The notes under the pieces: model-generated
Seen by the model: only the letters and a program-made list of their open reading frames with translations
What the model was told of the DNA's origin: nothing
Databases searched by the model: none
Made by a program: the position numbers and the translations under genes
From: Pseudomonas aeruginosa
GTDB lineage: Bacteria > Pseudomonadota > Gammaproteobacteria > Pseudomonadales > Pseudomonadaceae
Length of the DNA stretch: 32,000 nt
Direction: 5' to 3'
NCBI RefSeq assembly: GCF_001457615.1
Contig: NZ_LN831024.1
Location: 1,320,001 to 1,352,000 of the forward strand
Shown here: in pieces, positions 9,075-18,524 of the stretch
Numbering within the stretch: the stretch's first letter is position 1
Layout of the letters: every line of letters begins with the position of its first letter

Positions 9075-10781
9075 ATGCAAAGACTGTCGCGTATCGGCCG
9101 CAACACCCTCGCCGTCTCCGTTTCCACCTTGCTCCTCAGCGCCTGCAACCAGGGCGACGATGCGCCGAAGCCTGCGGCGGTCGCGCCGCAACCGGCCGCA
9201 CCGAGCATGGCTGCACTGAGCATCCCGCTATGCCTCAACGGCCAGTGCGCGGTGATCGACCAGGACGCCAAGCTGCTCGTGCCGTTCGACAACGACTACG
9301 ACAATATCGTCGCCAGCGCCTACCAGGGCACCCTGATGGCGGCGCGCGAGGAGCGCTGGAACCTGATCCAGGCGAAGGACGGCAAGGTGTTGCGCGACGA
9401 TATCGGCGAAGCCCTGTCGCTGCTCACCCCCAACCTCTATGGCTTCGTCCGCGATGGCAAGTACGGCGTGGTCGACGGCCAGGGCAAGGAAGTCCAGGCG
9501 CCGCGTTTCGACGACATCTACCCCAACAGTGCCAACGAATTCATCATCTACGAGATCGATGGCAAGCGCGGCATCCTCGATGCCAAGGGCAAGCAGCTCA
9601 CCGAGGCGCTCTACGACACCACCCTGGTCAACGGCAGCGTCGCCGAACACGGCGGCTTGATCAGCGCCGAGCGTGGCGAGGAGAAGTGGATCATCAACCT
9701 CGCTACCGGCGAACAGAAGGCCGTGGCCTACGAGAGCCTGGGCGACCTCCACGACGGCGTGATGAGCGCCAGCGTCATCGGCAAGGGCTCCCAACTGGTG
9801 GATGCCAAGGGCGACGTGGTCGGTGACGGCAAGAGCTACGATTACCTGGGCACCCCGGCCAACGGCCTGGTCGCGTTCCGCGAGAAGTACGACAGCCCCT
9901 GTGGCTACCTCGACTACCAGGGCAAGGTGGCGATCGCCGCCCAGTTCGCCGGTTGCGGCGCCTTCGGCAAGCAGGGTGGGCTGGCCCAGCAGCGCATGGA
10001 AGATGGCTCGTCGGGCAAATACGGCCTGATCGATCGCAGCGGCGCCTGGAAGGTGCAGCCGCAGTACGATTCGGCCGACAGCGCCGGCCTCACCGCGCTT
10101 GGCTACACCGTCGACGTGCCCGGCCTGGCTGCCGTCGGCGTGAGCACCGGCCTGTTCAGCGCCGACTTCGGCATCTTCAACCTCGACGAAGGCAGCGAGT
10201 GGGTGAAGCCGGGTTATGCGCAGATCGGCGCGCTGGGCAACGACCTGTTCGTCGTGGCGAAGAAGGGCGGGCCGCAGAAGACCGTCAGCTTCATGGGTTC
10301 GGAAAGCCAGGTGCCGGTGGTGGGCCTGATGGACCGCAGCGGCAAGATGCTGCTGGAGCCGGGCGAACTGATCAGCATCCAGTCTGCGTATGACGGTCGT
10401 TTCCTGGAAGGTCTCGACGGTATGGACAACGCTGCCCACACCGTGTTGCTCGATCGCCAGGGACGCACGCTGGTTCCAGCGCTCTGGCAGAAGCTGGAGG
10501 TGAATCCGCAGCAGGGTTACATCCTGGGCTACGAAGTCAGCGGCACTGGCGACGAGGCGACGGAAACCTTGCGCGCACTGTACGACCTGAACGGCAAGCC
10601 GCGCTTCACCGTGGCCACCACCGATTGCGGCGCCGAACAGTTGCTCGACGGCAATGGCAAGGCGATCTGGCCGCAGGACCCGACCCCGTATTGCCAGTCG
10701 GACGACGAGCAGGACGACGAAGGCGAGCCGGAGCAGGAGCCGGCGCCCGTCGAAGAGAGCGAGGAAACCAGCGAGAGCTGA
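9075..10781 (+). CDS. WG-repeat-containing lipoprotein (568 aa)
   Basis: Start at ATG 9075: MQRLSRIGRNTLAVSVSTLLLSACNQG, with lipobox LSAC. Repeated WG/KWG-like units (KYGVVDGQGKEVQAPRFDDIYP, KRGILDAKGKQLTEALYD, KYGLIDRSGAWKVQPQYDSA). Acidic C-terminal tail. The track ORF 7233..10781 is an overextension. Confidence 0.85.
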   Translation: MQRLSRIGRNTLAVSVSTLLLSACNQGDDAPKPAAVAPQPAAPSMAALSIPLCLNGQCAVIDQDAKLLVPFDNDYDNIVASAYQGTLMAAREERWNLIQAKDGKVLRDDIGEALSLLTPNLYGFVRDGKYGVVDGQGKEVQAPRFDDIYPNSANEFIIYEIDGKRGILDAKGKQLTEALYDTTLVNGSVAEHGGLISAERGEEKWIINLATGEQKAVAYESLGDLHDGVMSASVIGKGSQLVDAKGDVVGDGKSYDYLGTPANGLVAFREKYDSPCGYLDYQGKVAIAAQFAGCGAFGKQGGLAQQRMEDGSSGKYGLIDRSGAWKVQPQYDSADSAGLTALGYTVDVPGLAAVGVSTGLFSADFGIFNLDEGSEWVKPGYAQIGALGNDLFVVAKKGGPQKTVSFMGSESQVPVVGLMDRSGKMLLEPGELISIQSAYDGRFLEGLDGMDNAAHTVLLDRQGRTLVPALWQKLEVNPQQGYILGYEVSGTGDEATETLRALYDLNGKPRFTVATTDCGAEQLLDGNGKAIWPQDPTPYCQSDDEQDDEGEPEQEPAPVEESEETSES

Positions 10782-10859
10782 GTTCCCCGAGCGCGTCCGT
10801 CCCTTGCGGCGGGCGCGCGGTTCCGCTGTTTCGCCGTGGCTGCTGGCCACGGTCTCCCC

Positions 10860-11663
10860 TCACTGGCGGTGCCAGAAGTCCGAATACTCCTCTAACGGGT
10901 AGCGCTCGCCGTCATAGCGCAGCGTGCGCTTCACCGTGCGCAAGGGTTTGCCGTTCTCCGTTTCGCCGTCGCTGACCCGCGAGGTGATGACCAGGTCGGC
11001 AAAGCCGTTGGAGCGTCCGCGGCCGAGTTCCAGGGTCAGGTGCGAGACTTCCTGTTCGAACCCGGGCTCGGCGGAGCAGACCGAGCCTTTCAGCGTCCTC
11101 CACTGGTCCAGGTAGGTATTGAGCACCGGCCGCAGCTTGCCTTCGCCGGCCGGCACCACCAGGGTCAGCAGGTTGTCGAAGCCGGCTTCCGGACAACTGG
11201 CGCCACGCGCCACGCTATGGAATACCACGCCGAAGGCGCGCACCGTCGGGCTCAGGCGATAGCGCGCGGTGTCCAGCCAGAGGCTGTCGCTGCCGACGGC
11301 GACGGAGGCGTCTTCTTCGAAGTCGCTGTCGTAGCGTTCGAGCAGCCTGCCGCTGCGGCTGTCGGCCTTGGCCAATAGCAGATGCGGGTGGCGTTCGCCT
11401 TCCACGGCGGTGTCGCCCGGATCCAGGTAGGCCATGGCGATCACCGTCTGCGCGGGGTCGTCCGGCCAGGGCTTGCAGGCCACGGCGAGGAACGGACCGG
11501 AAGATTCGTACGAAGGGGCTATCCAGCCATCGTGGCCGACCTGCCTGGCTACGGCGTCAAGCAGTCGCGACGCGCAGGGCTGCGGTTCGCGGGCTTCGGC
11601 CTGGCTGGCGAGTCCCAGCAGCAGGAGGCAGAGTCGGGCGGAGAGGCGGCGGTTACGGTCCAT
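10860..11663 (-). CDS. Conserved hypothetical, probably exported protein (267 aa)
   Basis: MDRNRRLSARLCLLLLGLASQAEAREPQPCASRLLDAVARQ..., putative signal peptide; start chosen at the internal Met of ORF 10860..11720. Confidence 0.75.
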   Translation of the reverse strand: MDRNRRLSARLCLLLLGLASQAEAREPQPCASRLLDAVARQVGHDGWIAPSYESSGPFLAVACKPWPDDPAQTVIAMAYLDPGDTAVEGERHPHLLLAKADSRSGRLLERYDSDFEEDASVAVGSDSLWLDTARYRLSPTVRAFGVVFHSVARGASCPEAGFDNLLTLVVPAGEGKLRPVLNTYLDQWRTLKGSVCSAEPGFEQEVSHLTLELGRGRSNGFADLVITSRVSDGETENGKPLRTVKRTLRYDGERYPLEEYSDFWHRQ

Positions 11664-11783
11664 GTGAAAAGAGTCCTTTGGCGGAGGCGGGCACGGAAGA
11701 CGCCCGGCGCTGCGGGACATTCTAGCGGCTGCGCGGACCTTGCGAAGCGGGCTGGCGGGGCGGACATATCGCGGCCGCGCTGC

Positions 11784-12425
11784 TCAGGCCAGGCCGTTTT
11801 CCCGGATGTAGATAAAGAGTCCGGCATTGCTGTCCAGGCCAAGCTTGCGCATGGCGCTGCTCTTTTGCGCGCTGATGGTCTGCTTGCTGCGGCACAGTCG
11901 GATGGCGATTTCCCCGACCGCCAGGCCGCTGCCGTACAGGCGCAGCACTTCCACTTCGCGCGGGGTGAGTTGTTCGAGGCTGGCCAGCGGCTTGCCGTGC
12001 TCGGCTTCGCCCACTTCCAGCAGGTGTGCGATGGAGCGCGAGATGAATGGTCGACGGCCGGCGTGGCGGATCGCCTTGGGCAGATCGTCGAGCATGCCGC
12101 GTTTGCTCACCAGGCCGTGAATGCCCAGCTTGAGCAGGGATGAAACGAGTGCCGGGTTGCCGAGCATGGTGACGACGATGATCGGCAGGTCCGGATAGCG
12201 CCGCCGGACCTTCTGCACCAGGCGCAAGCCGTCGGCCTGCTGGCTGCCGGGCATCATCAGGTCGGTGATCAGCAGGTCGCAGGGGTGCGCTTCGAGCTGC
12301 GCCAGCAAGCCATCGGCGTCCTGGGCCTGGGCGACGATCCGCAGGTCGTCGTACGCACTCAGCAGATAGCGCATGCCGATCAGGGTGAGGGCGTGGTCGT
12401 CGACGAGGATGACGCGTGTTTTCAT
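11784..12425 (-). CDS. RcsB-like LuxR/FixJ-family response regulator (213 aa)
   Basis: REC: MKTRVILVDDHALTLIGMRYLL...CDLLITDLMMPG; LuxR HTH: LTPREVEVLRLYGSGLAVGEIAIRLCRSKQTISAQKSSAMRKLGLDSNAGLFIYIREN. Closely resembles enterobacterial RcsB across both domains. Confidence 0.93.
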   Translation of the reverse strand: MKTRVILVDDHALTLIGMRYLLSAYDDLRIVAQAQDADGLLAQLEAHPCDLLITDLMMPGSQQADGLRLVQKVRRRYPDLPIIVVTMLGNPALVSSLLKLGIHGLVSKRGMLDDLPKAIRHAGRRPFISRSIAHLLEVGEAEHGKPLASLEQLTPREVEVLRLYGSGLAVGEIAIRLCRSKQTISAQKSSAMRKLGLDSNAGLFIYIRENGLA

Positions 12426-12571
12426 GAAATCGAACCCGATCGAGGTGGAGGTTTCCGCAGCGGCTACCGGCAACGCCGGCAGGCGGATAATCCGCCAGGA
12501 GGCAGCTCCGGACGGGCTCGAATTCTAGCGATGGTGTCTGTCGGTTTAATCAGGACTTTTCTGAATGCTAG

Positions 12572-12585
12572 TAGGAAATTTCCTA
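12572..12585. promoter_or_regulatory. Perfect palindrome, RcsB-box-like operator candidate upstream of the response regulator gene
   Basis: TAGGAAATTTCCTA, 14-bp perfect dyad in the AT-richer intergenic region 12426-12748. Confidence 0.6.
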
Positions 12586-12748
12586 TGTGTTTTCCCTAGG
12601 TTATTTCGAGGGGAGGCCGAGAAACATAGGGTCTTTGAACGGCTTTCGTGGAGTAGGGGTTGAAATCGCTGTCAGTACATTTCTGTCAGTCTTGCTGGAC
12701 ATCGGAAGGGCGCGACGGCAGCGCGGGTTCCGCTGCCGTCGCCGTCCT

Positions 12749-14611
12749 TCAACCCAGTTCGCGGACTGCCCGCACCGCCTGGTCGATGGCGGCATGGGCG
12801 TAGGCATCCCAGGCCGCATCCGAGTTGGCGATGGCGACATTGCCGACCTTGCTTCGCGCCAGTTCCATCAGCGCTTCGCTTTCCGCCTCGTCGTCGTAGA
12901 GGGTATTCATGAAGTAGGAGTAGCCGTGCGACCAGCGGTTCACGGTGATGCCGGTGATGTCGCGGCGGTGGTCGAAGCCCGCCGGGCCGAGCATGGCCTG
13001 GAGCTGGTCGCGGATGTCCTTTTCCAGTTGCTCGAAGCTCATCGCGTAGAGCTTGCTGCGGCCTACGCGAGCCTGGGTGCGGGCGTCCATGCCGGCGTTC
13101 GGGGTGGTCGGCACGTAGACCATGTGCACGCCGATCGGCTGCCGCGGGTCGCGTGGATGCCGGTAGCTGCCGAGGTCGACCGGGAAGTCCAGCTTGATCC
13201 GCGAGTAGGGCAGGGTCGGCGCGTAGATCTCGTGGATGCCGAGGGTCTTCCAGGCCTGCCAGTTGCGCAGCAATACCTTGGTGTACACCAGCGGGAACTT
13301 GACGTTCTGGCTCAGCGCGTGGGCCTGCTCCTCGGAGAGGTCGCGCAGCAGGTACGGCACCATCATGTTGTAGCAGGCCATCACGCAGTGCTTGCCGCGT
13401 ACCCGGTGCAGGTGGCCGGCGCGGCTGTAGCCGACATCGACGCCGCCGGCGCGGTTGCGCACGCTGACGGCGGTGCTGTTCAGGCGCAGGCGCACCGGGT
13501 GCCCGGCGAGGTCCAGCTTCGAGTAGTCGAAGCGGGCCATGACGATGTCCTCCATGCCTCGGCCCGGCGCCACCGCGGGGATCAGGTCGCGCACCATGAG
13601 CCGAGCCAGCGAGGCGTTGCCGTCGGGGAAATGGTAGATGTACGGCTCGTCCATTTCCGCCTGGGCCTCCTCGCTGGGTTGCGGCAGGCCGAGGGCGTCG
13701 AAGCCGGGGAAGCCGGCGGCGTATGCGTCGGCCGCCGGCAGGGCGTCGGCGCCGAGGGCAGAGAAGTCGTTGCTGCGGCCCTGGAAGTACTTCACCGAGG
13801 TTTCCGAGAGCCCGACGTTCTTGAGCAGGTAGTCGCGGTAGCTGGTCTTCGCCAGGTAGGTTTCCTTCTCTTCCACGCTCTTGCCGGCAAGATAGTCGCG
13901 AGGTGACTCGTACAGCGCGATGAGCGCCTCCCGGTCTTCGCGGCTCAGCGGGAAGTCGCCGATGAAGGCGCGCCAGGAGCGGGCATTGAGACGATCGCGG
14001 GGGACCTCGTCGGCAACCATCGGCGTCGGGTCGCCGCTGACCAGCTTGTCCACGCCGAAGCTGGCCTTGTCGAAGAACACCGCGCGGGACAGGCCCAGGC
14101 CGGGGTAGAAGTCGGTGTCGAAGGCTGTCTCGAAGCGCTTGAGCTCGACGCCCAGGCGTTTCAGCAGGTGTTTGGCGTCTTCGCTATAGAGGGCGTTCGG
14201 CGATTGCAGCGACTCGCTGCCGCCGTAGCCGAGGATAGTGCGCCCGCCGGCCTGGAATTCGTTGCGCTTGGCATGGCCGCCGAAGTCGTCGTGGTTCTCG
14301 ATGACCAGGATGCGCGCCGCGGGGTGCCGTTCGCGATAGAACCAGGCGGCGGCGAGGCCGCTGATGCCGCCGCCGACCACCACCAGGTCGTATTCCTCTT
14401 CGATTGGCAGGTGGTCGACATCGAAGGTCTTCTTCTCCCAGCCCATCTGGTGTGCGACTTCGAAGGCGCCCGGATGGCTACCGCGCAGGCCGGTGAGCGC
14501 GGGCGGATAGTAGCGGCCGCCGGGGGCGGCGCGGAGGATCTCGGCGGGGGTCAGGCCTGCGGCGATGGTCAGGGCTACGCCGTTCAGGAAGTCGCGGCGG
14601 GAGATGGTCAT
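12749..14611 (-). CDS. spdH: Spermidine dehydrogenase SpdH, Tat-type signal (620 aa)
   Basis: MTISRRDFLNGVALTIAAG (twin-arginine motif), FAD/NAD(P)-binding VVVGGGISGLAAAWFYRERHPAARILVIENHDDFGGHAKRNEF. Start at internal ATG; size and context match P. aeruginosa spdH. Confidence 0.92.
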   Translation of the reverse strand: MTISRRDFLNGVALTIAAGLTPAEILRAAPGGRYYPPALTGLRGSHPGAFEVAHQMGWEKKTFDVDHLPIEEEYDLVVVGGGISGLAAAWFYRERHPAARILVIENHDDFGGHAKRNEFQAGGRTILGYGGSESLQSPNALYSEDAKHLLKRLGVELKRFETAFDTDFYPGLGLSRAVFFDKASFGVDKLVSGDPTPMVADEVPRDRLNARSWRAFIGDFPLSREDREALIALYESPRDYLAGKSVEEKETYLAKTSYRDYLLKNVGLSETSVKYFQGRSNDFSALGADALPAADAYAAGFPGFDALGLPQPSEEAQAEMDEPYIYHFPDGNASLARLMVRDLIPAVAPGRGMEDIVMARFDYSKLDLAGHPVRLRLNSTAVSVRNRAGGVDVGYSRAGHLHRVRGKHCVMACYNMMVPYLLRDLSEEQAHALSQNVKFPLVYTKVLLRNWQAWKTLGIHEIYAPTLPYSRIKLDFPVDLGSYRHPRDPRQPIGVHMVYVPTTPNAGMDARTQARVGRSKLYAMSFEQLEKDIRDQLQAMLGPAGFDHRRDITGITVNRWSHGYSYFMNTLYDDEAESEALMELARSKVGNVAIANSDAAWDAYAHAAIDQAVRAVRELG

Positions 14612-14932
14612 GGGAAGTCCTTTGCGAGGCAGTGGGTGGCTCGGGGGAGCCATGTTCACAGATTGCTGTTGCGAATGCGCGCGGAGCGGCTGGCGTCGGA
14701 CGCCGACCCGCAGTCGCGGGCGGGCGCGGAGTTTAGAGGGCCATGCCGGCGCGTCGAAGGGCTTTCTGCTGGCACTAGGCCTCTATCTGGAGAAATGTGA
14801 CATGTGTCGCGCTTTGCCACGGTGTCCGGGGAGGCCGGCAATATCTCGAAGCAAACTCCCGGCGGGCAGCGCGGACGCGAAGGGCTAGAGTCGGTCGAAT
14901 CCGGTTGTTACCGAACGTCCTGGAGGTTCCTC

Positions 14933-15628
14933 ATGAATACCCGTGGTTTGCTCGACCAATTGCTCAAGTCCGGGCAGGAAATGTTGCAGAACAAGTCCGG
15001 CGGCAAGCCCGGCGCCAGCGGCGGCGGACAGCTCGGCAGCCTGCTTTCCGGCGCCGGCGGCGGAGCCCTGGCGGCCGGCGCCATCGGCCTGCTGCTGGGA
15101 AACAAGAAGGCGCGCAAGTTCGGCGGCAAGGCGATCACCTACGGCGGCCTCGCCGCGCTCGGGGTGATCGCCTACAAGGCCTACAACAACTGGCAGCAGC
15201 AACAGAACGGCGCCGCGCCGCAGGCGCAGCCGCAGACCGTCGACCGCCTGCCGGAAGCCCAGGCCGAAGTGCATAGCCACGCGATCCTCCAGGCCATCGT
15301 CGGTGCGGCCAAGGCCGACGGCCACATCGACGAGCGCGAACGGCAGATGATCGAAGGCGAGGTGGCCAAGCTGACCAGCGACCGCGAGGTGCAGGGCTGG
15401 CTGGAGCGCGAGCTGAACAAGCCGCTGGACCCGGCCGAGATCGCCCGTGCCGCGAGCACCCCGGAGATCGCCGCGGAGATGTACCTGGCCAGCCTGCTGA
15501 TGGTCGACGAGGAAAGCTTCATGGAGCGCTCCTACCTCGAGGAGCTGGCGCGGCAGCTGCGCCTGGAACCCTCGTTCAAGCTGGAGCTGGAGAACCAGGC
15601 CAGACAGGCGCTGCAACGCCTGGCCTGA
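14933..15628 (+). CDS. DUF533 / YebE-like, TerB-fold tellurite-resistance-like protein (231 aa)
   Basis: MNTRGLLDQLLKSGQEMLQNKSGGKPGASGGGQLGSLLSGAGGGALAAGAIGLLLG...AYKAYNNW...ILQAIVGAAKADGHIDERERQMIEG. TGGAGG RBS before ATG 14933. Confidence 0.88.
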   Translation: MNTRGLLDQLLKSGQEMLQNKSGGKPGASGGGQLGSLLSGAGGGALAAGAIGLLLGNKKARKFGGKAITYGGLAALGVIAYKAYNNWQQQQNGAAPQAQPQTVDRLPEAQAEVHSHAILQAIVGAAKADGHIDERERQMIEGEVAKLTSDREVQGWLERELNKPLDPAEIARAASTPEIAAEMYLASLLMVDEESFMERSYLEELARQLRLEPSFKLELENQARQALQRLA

Positions 15629-15664
15629 GACGGCGGAGCGTCGTTCCGCGGATAACCGCCGCCA

Positions 15665-16570
15665 TCATGGCGGCGGCGTTGTCGAAGGGCCGAGCAGAAC
15701 CTCTCGCTCGCGCTGGCACAGCTCCAGCAGGAAGTCCCAGACCACCCGCAGGCGCACCGAGCGGTGCAGCTCCCGCCGGGTGCTCATCCAGTACTCGCGC
15801 TGGATGCTTTCCTCGGGCAGCACCGGTACCAGCAACGGATCGCGGCTACCCATGAAGTGCGGCAGGATCGCCAGGCCGATGCCGGCCTGTGCCGCCTGCT
15901 GCTGGGCGACCACGCTGGTGCTGCGGAACACGACCTGCGGGTGGCGGCAGAAACTGTGGTGGAACATCAGTTCCTGGCTGAACAGCAGGTCGTCGACGTA
16001 GCCGATCCACTGGTGCCTGCCGAGGTCGTCGCGGTCGCGCAGCGGCGGCGCCTGTTCCAGGTAGGCGGGGCTGGCGAACAACGCCAGGCGATAGCGGGTC
16101 AGCAGGCGGGTGATCACCAGGTCGGCGCTCGGCCGGTCGAGGGAGATGGCGATGTCCGCTTCGCGGTTGGTGATGCTGACGAAGCGCGGCACCGAGACCA
16201 GCTCGACCTCCAGGCCCGGGTAGTGGCGCATCAATTGCGCCAGGCGCGGAGCGAGGAAGACGCTGCCGAGGCCTTCGGTGACGCCGATGCGGATCTGCCC
16301 CAGCGGCGAGATGCTCTGGCTCATTTCTTCCTGGGCGAGCAGCGCGGTGTTCTCCATCGCCTCGGCGTGCTTGAGCAGCGCCTGGCCGGCCGGAGTCAAC
16401 TGGTAGCCGCCGGTGTGCTGGGCGAACAGTTGGGTGCCGAGGTCGCGCTCGATGTTCTCGATGTGCCGGGCCACCGTGGCGTGAGTGGTGCCGAGACGCT
16501 TGGCGGCGGTCAGCAGGCGACCGCTGCGCTGCAACTCGAGGAAGAAACGCAGGTCATTCCAGTCGAACAT
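15665..16570 (-). CDS. LysR-family transcriptional regulator (301 aa)
   Basis: N-terminal wHTH: MFDWNDLRFFLELQRSGRLLTAAKRLGTTHATVARHIENIERDLGTQLFAQHTGGYQLTPAGQALL, divergent from the GMC oxidoreductase gene. Confidence 0.93.
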   Translation of the reverse strand: MFDWNDLRFFLELQRSGRLLTAAKRLGTTHATVARHIENIERDLGTQLFAQHTGGYQLTPAGQALLKHAEAMENTALLAQEEMSQSISPLGQIRIGVTEGLGSVFLAPRLAQLMRHYPGLEVELVSVPRFVSITNREADIAISLDRPSADLVITRLLTRYRLALFASPAYLEQAPPLRDRDDLGRHQWIGYVDDLLFSQELMFHHSFCRHPQVVFRSTSVVAQQQAAQAGIGLAILPHFMGSRDPLLVPVLPEESIQREYWMSTRRELHRSVRLRVVWDFLLELCQREREVLLGPSTTPPP

Positions 16571-16742
16571 GGGGAGCGCCTTCTGCCGGGCCGAGGGGGG
16601 GGCTGTTAGAAAACGAACAATAGCTGCCCCGAAACGTTTGTTTTTTTATCGCGAATGAACGACTAGCCTCAAGCCGTTCGAGACTTGCCAGTCATCCGCA
16701 GGTCCGACGGCCCATCACAAGAACGACAAGACGAGGCTCGCC

Positions 16743-18416
16743 ATGCCCGAGGTACTGGATACCTACGACTACCTCATCGTTGGCGCCGGACCTGCCGGCT
16801 GCCTGCTGGCCAACCGGCTTTCCGCCGACCCTGCCAACCGTGTCCTGCTGCTGGAAGCCGGCGGCCCGGACAACTATCCCTGGATCCACATTCCCGTCGG
16901 CTACCTCTACTGCATCGGCAACCCGCGTACCGACTGGTGCTTCGACACCGACGAGGTCCCCGGGCTCAACGGTCGTTCCCTGAAGTACCCGCGCGGCAAG
17001 GTGCTCGGAGGATGCTCCTCGATCAATGGCATGATCTACATGCGTGGCCAGGCCCGCGACTACGACCAGTGGGTGGCCGAAGGCAATCCGGGCTGGAGCT
17101 GGAGAGAGCTGCTGCCGCTGTTCCGCAGGATGGAGGACCATTTCGCCGGGACCAGCGAAATGCACGGCGCCGGCGGCGAATGGCGGGTAGAACGCCAGCG
17201 GCTCTCCTGGAAGCTGCTCGATGCCTTCCAGCAGGCGGCGGCGCAGACCGGCATCGCCAGCGTCGAGGATTTCAACGGTGGCGACAACGAAGGCTGCGGC
17301 TACTTCCAGGTCAACCAGCGCGGCGGGGTGCGCTGGAATGCCTCGAAAGGCTTCCTGCGCGGCATCGCCCAGCGCGCCAACCTGACGGTTCTGACCCATG
17401 CCGAAGTCCAGCGAGTGCTCCTCGAGGACGGCCGCGCCAGGGCCCTGTCGGTCCGTTGGCAGGGCCGCGAGCAGCGCTTCGAGGCGCGCCGCGAGATCGT
17501 CCTGAGCGCCGGCGCGATCGGTTCGCCGTGCCTGCTGCAACGCTCCGGGATCGGCCCGCGGGACCTGCTGGAGCAGCTCGGCGCCGGGGTCGTCCACGAG
17601 TTGCCCGGGGTTGGTGGCAATCTCCAGGATCACCTGCAGCTGCGCATGATCTACAAGGTCGACGGCGTTCCCACCCTCAACCAGATCGCCGGCAGCCTAT
17701 GGGGCAAGCTGGGCATGGGCCTGCGCTACCTGGCGAGCCGCAGCGGGCCGTTGTCGATGGCGCCGAGCCAACTGGGCGCCTTCGCCCGCTCCGATCCGCA
17801 GCAGCCCTCGGCCAACCTCGAATACCATGTCCAGCCGCTCTCGCTGGATCGCTTCGGCGAGCCGCTGCATGCCTTCCCTGCGTTCACCGCGTCGGTCTGC
17901 GACCTGCGCCCGCACAGCCGGGGGACGGTGCGCATCCGCTCGCTCGACCCGGGCGAGGCGCCGTCGATCCAGCCCAACTACCTGAGCGATCCGCGCGACC
18001 TGAAGGTCGCCGCCGACGCCATACGCCTGACCCGCCGCATCGCCGCCGCACCGGCGCTGGCCGCCTTCCGTCCGCAGGAATACAAGCCCGGCCCGGAATA
18101 CCGCAGCGAAGAGGATCTGCAGCGCGCTGCGGCGGAGATCGGCACCACCATCTTCCACCCTGCCGGCACCTGCCGCATGGGCCAGGGGCCGCAAGCGGTG
18201 GTGGATGCGCAATTGAGGGTGCACGGAATCCCCGGCCTGCGCATCGCCGATGCCTCGATCATGCCCAGCCTGACCTCCGGCAACACCTGTTCGCCGGTGC
18301 TGGTGATCGCCGAGAAGGCGGCGCAGATGATTCTCGCCGAGCGCCGCCGCGAGGCCGCGCCGCAGGTCGTCGAAAGCGCCATGGCGGCCGGCGGCAAGGA
18401 GGCGGTGGAGGCCTGA
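16743..18416 (+). CDS. GMC-family FAD-dependent oxidoreductase / alcohol (choline-type) dehydrogenase (557 aa)
   Basis: DYLIVGAGPAGCLLANRLSADPANRVLLLEAGG; VLGGCSSINGMIYMRGQARDYDQW; GAIGSPCLLQRSGIG; C-terminal SLTSGNTCSPVLVIAEKAA. Confidence 0.95.
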   Translation: MPEVLDTYDYLIVGAGPAGCLLANRLSADPANRVLLLEAGGPDNYPWIHIPVGYLYCIGNPRTDWCFDTDEVPGLNGRSLKYPRGKVLGGCSSINGMIYMRGQARDYDQWVAEGNPGWSWRELLPLFRRMEDHFAGTSEMHGAGGEWRVERQRLSWKLLDAFQQAAAQTGIASVEDFNGGDNEGCGYFQVNQRGGVRWNASKGFLRGIAQRANLTVLTHAEVQRVLLEDGRARALSVRWQGREQRFEARREIVLSAGAIGSPCLLQRSGIGPRDLLEQLGAGVVHELPGVGGNLQDHLQLRMIYKVDGVPTLNQIAGSLWGKLGMGLRYLASRSGPLSMAPSQLGAFARSDPQQPSANLEYHVQPLSLDRFGEPLHAFPAFTASVCDLRPHSRGTVRIRSLDPGEAPSIQPNYLSDPRDLKVAADAIRLTRRIAAAPALAAFRPQEYKPGPEYRSEEDLQRAAAEIGTTIFHPAGTCRMGQGPQAVVDAQLRVHGIPGLRIADASIMPSLTSGNTCSPVLVIAEKAAQMILAERRREAAPQVVESAMAAGGKEAVEA

Positions 18417-18524
18417 GGATCGCTACACCCCGTATCGCGTGGCGCCCGGCGCCGCAGCGGTCGACGCTGAAAACGGAAATGGCAGACAACAATAAGAGCC
18501 CCCACAAGGGGCGGGAGAGCCGCA

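Noticed and set aside
9228-10850. Long minus-strand ORF of 540 aa opposite the WG-repeat lipoprotein
   Set aside because: Mirror-frame artefact of GC3-rich coding sequence; composition is V/A/H/Q-rich with no recognisable domain.
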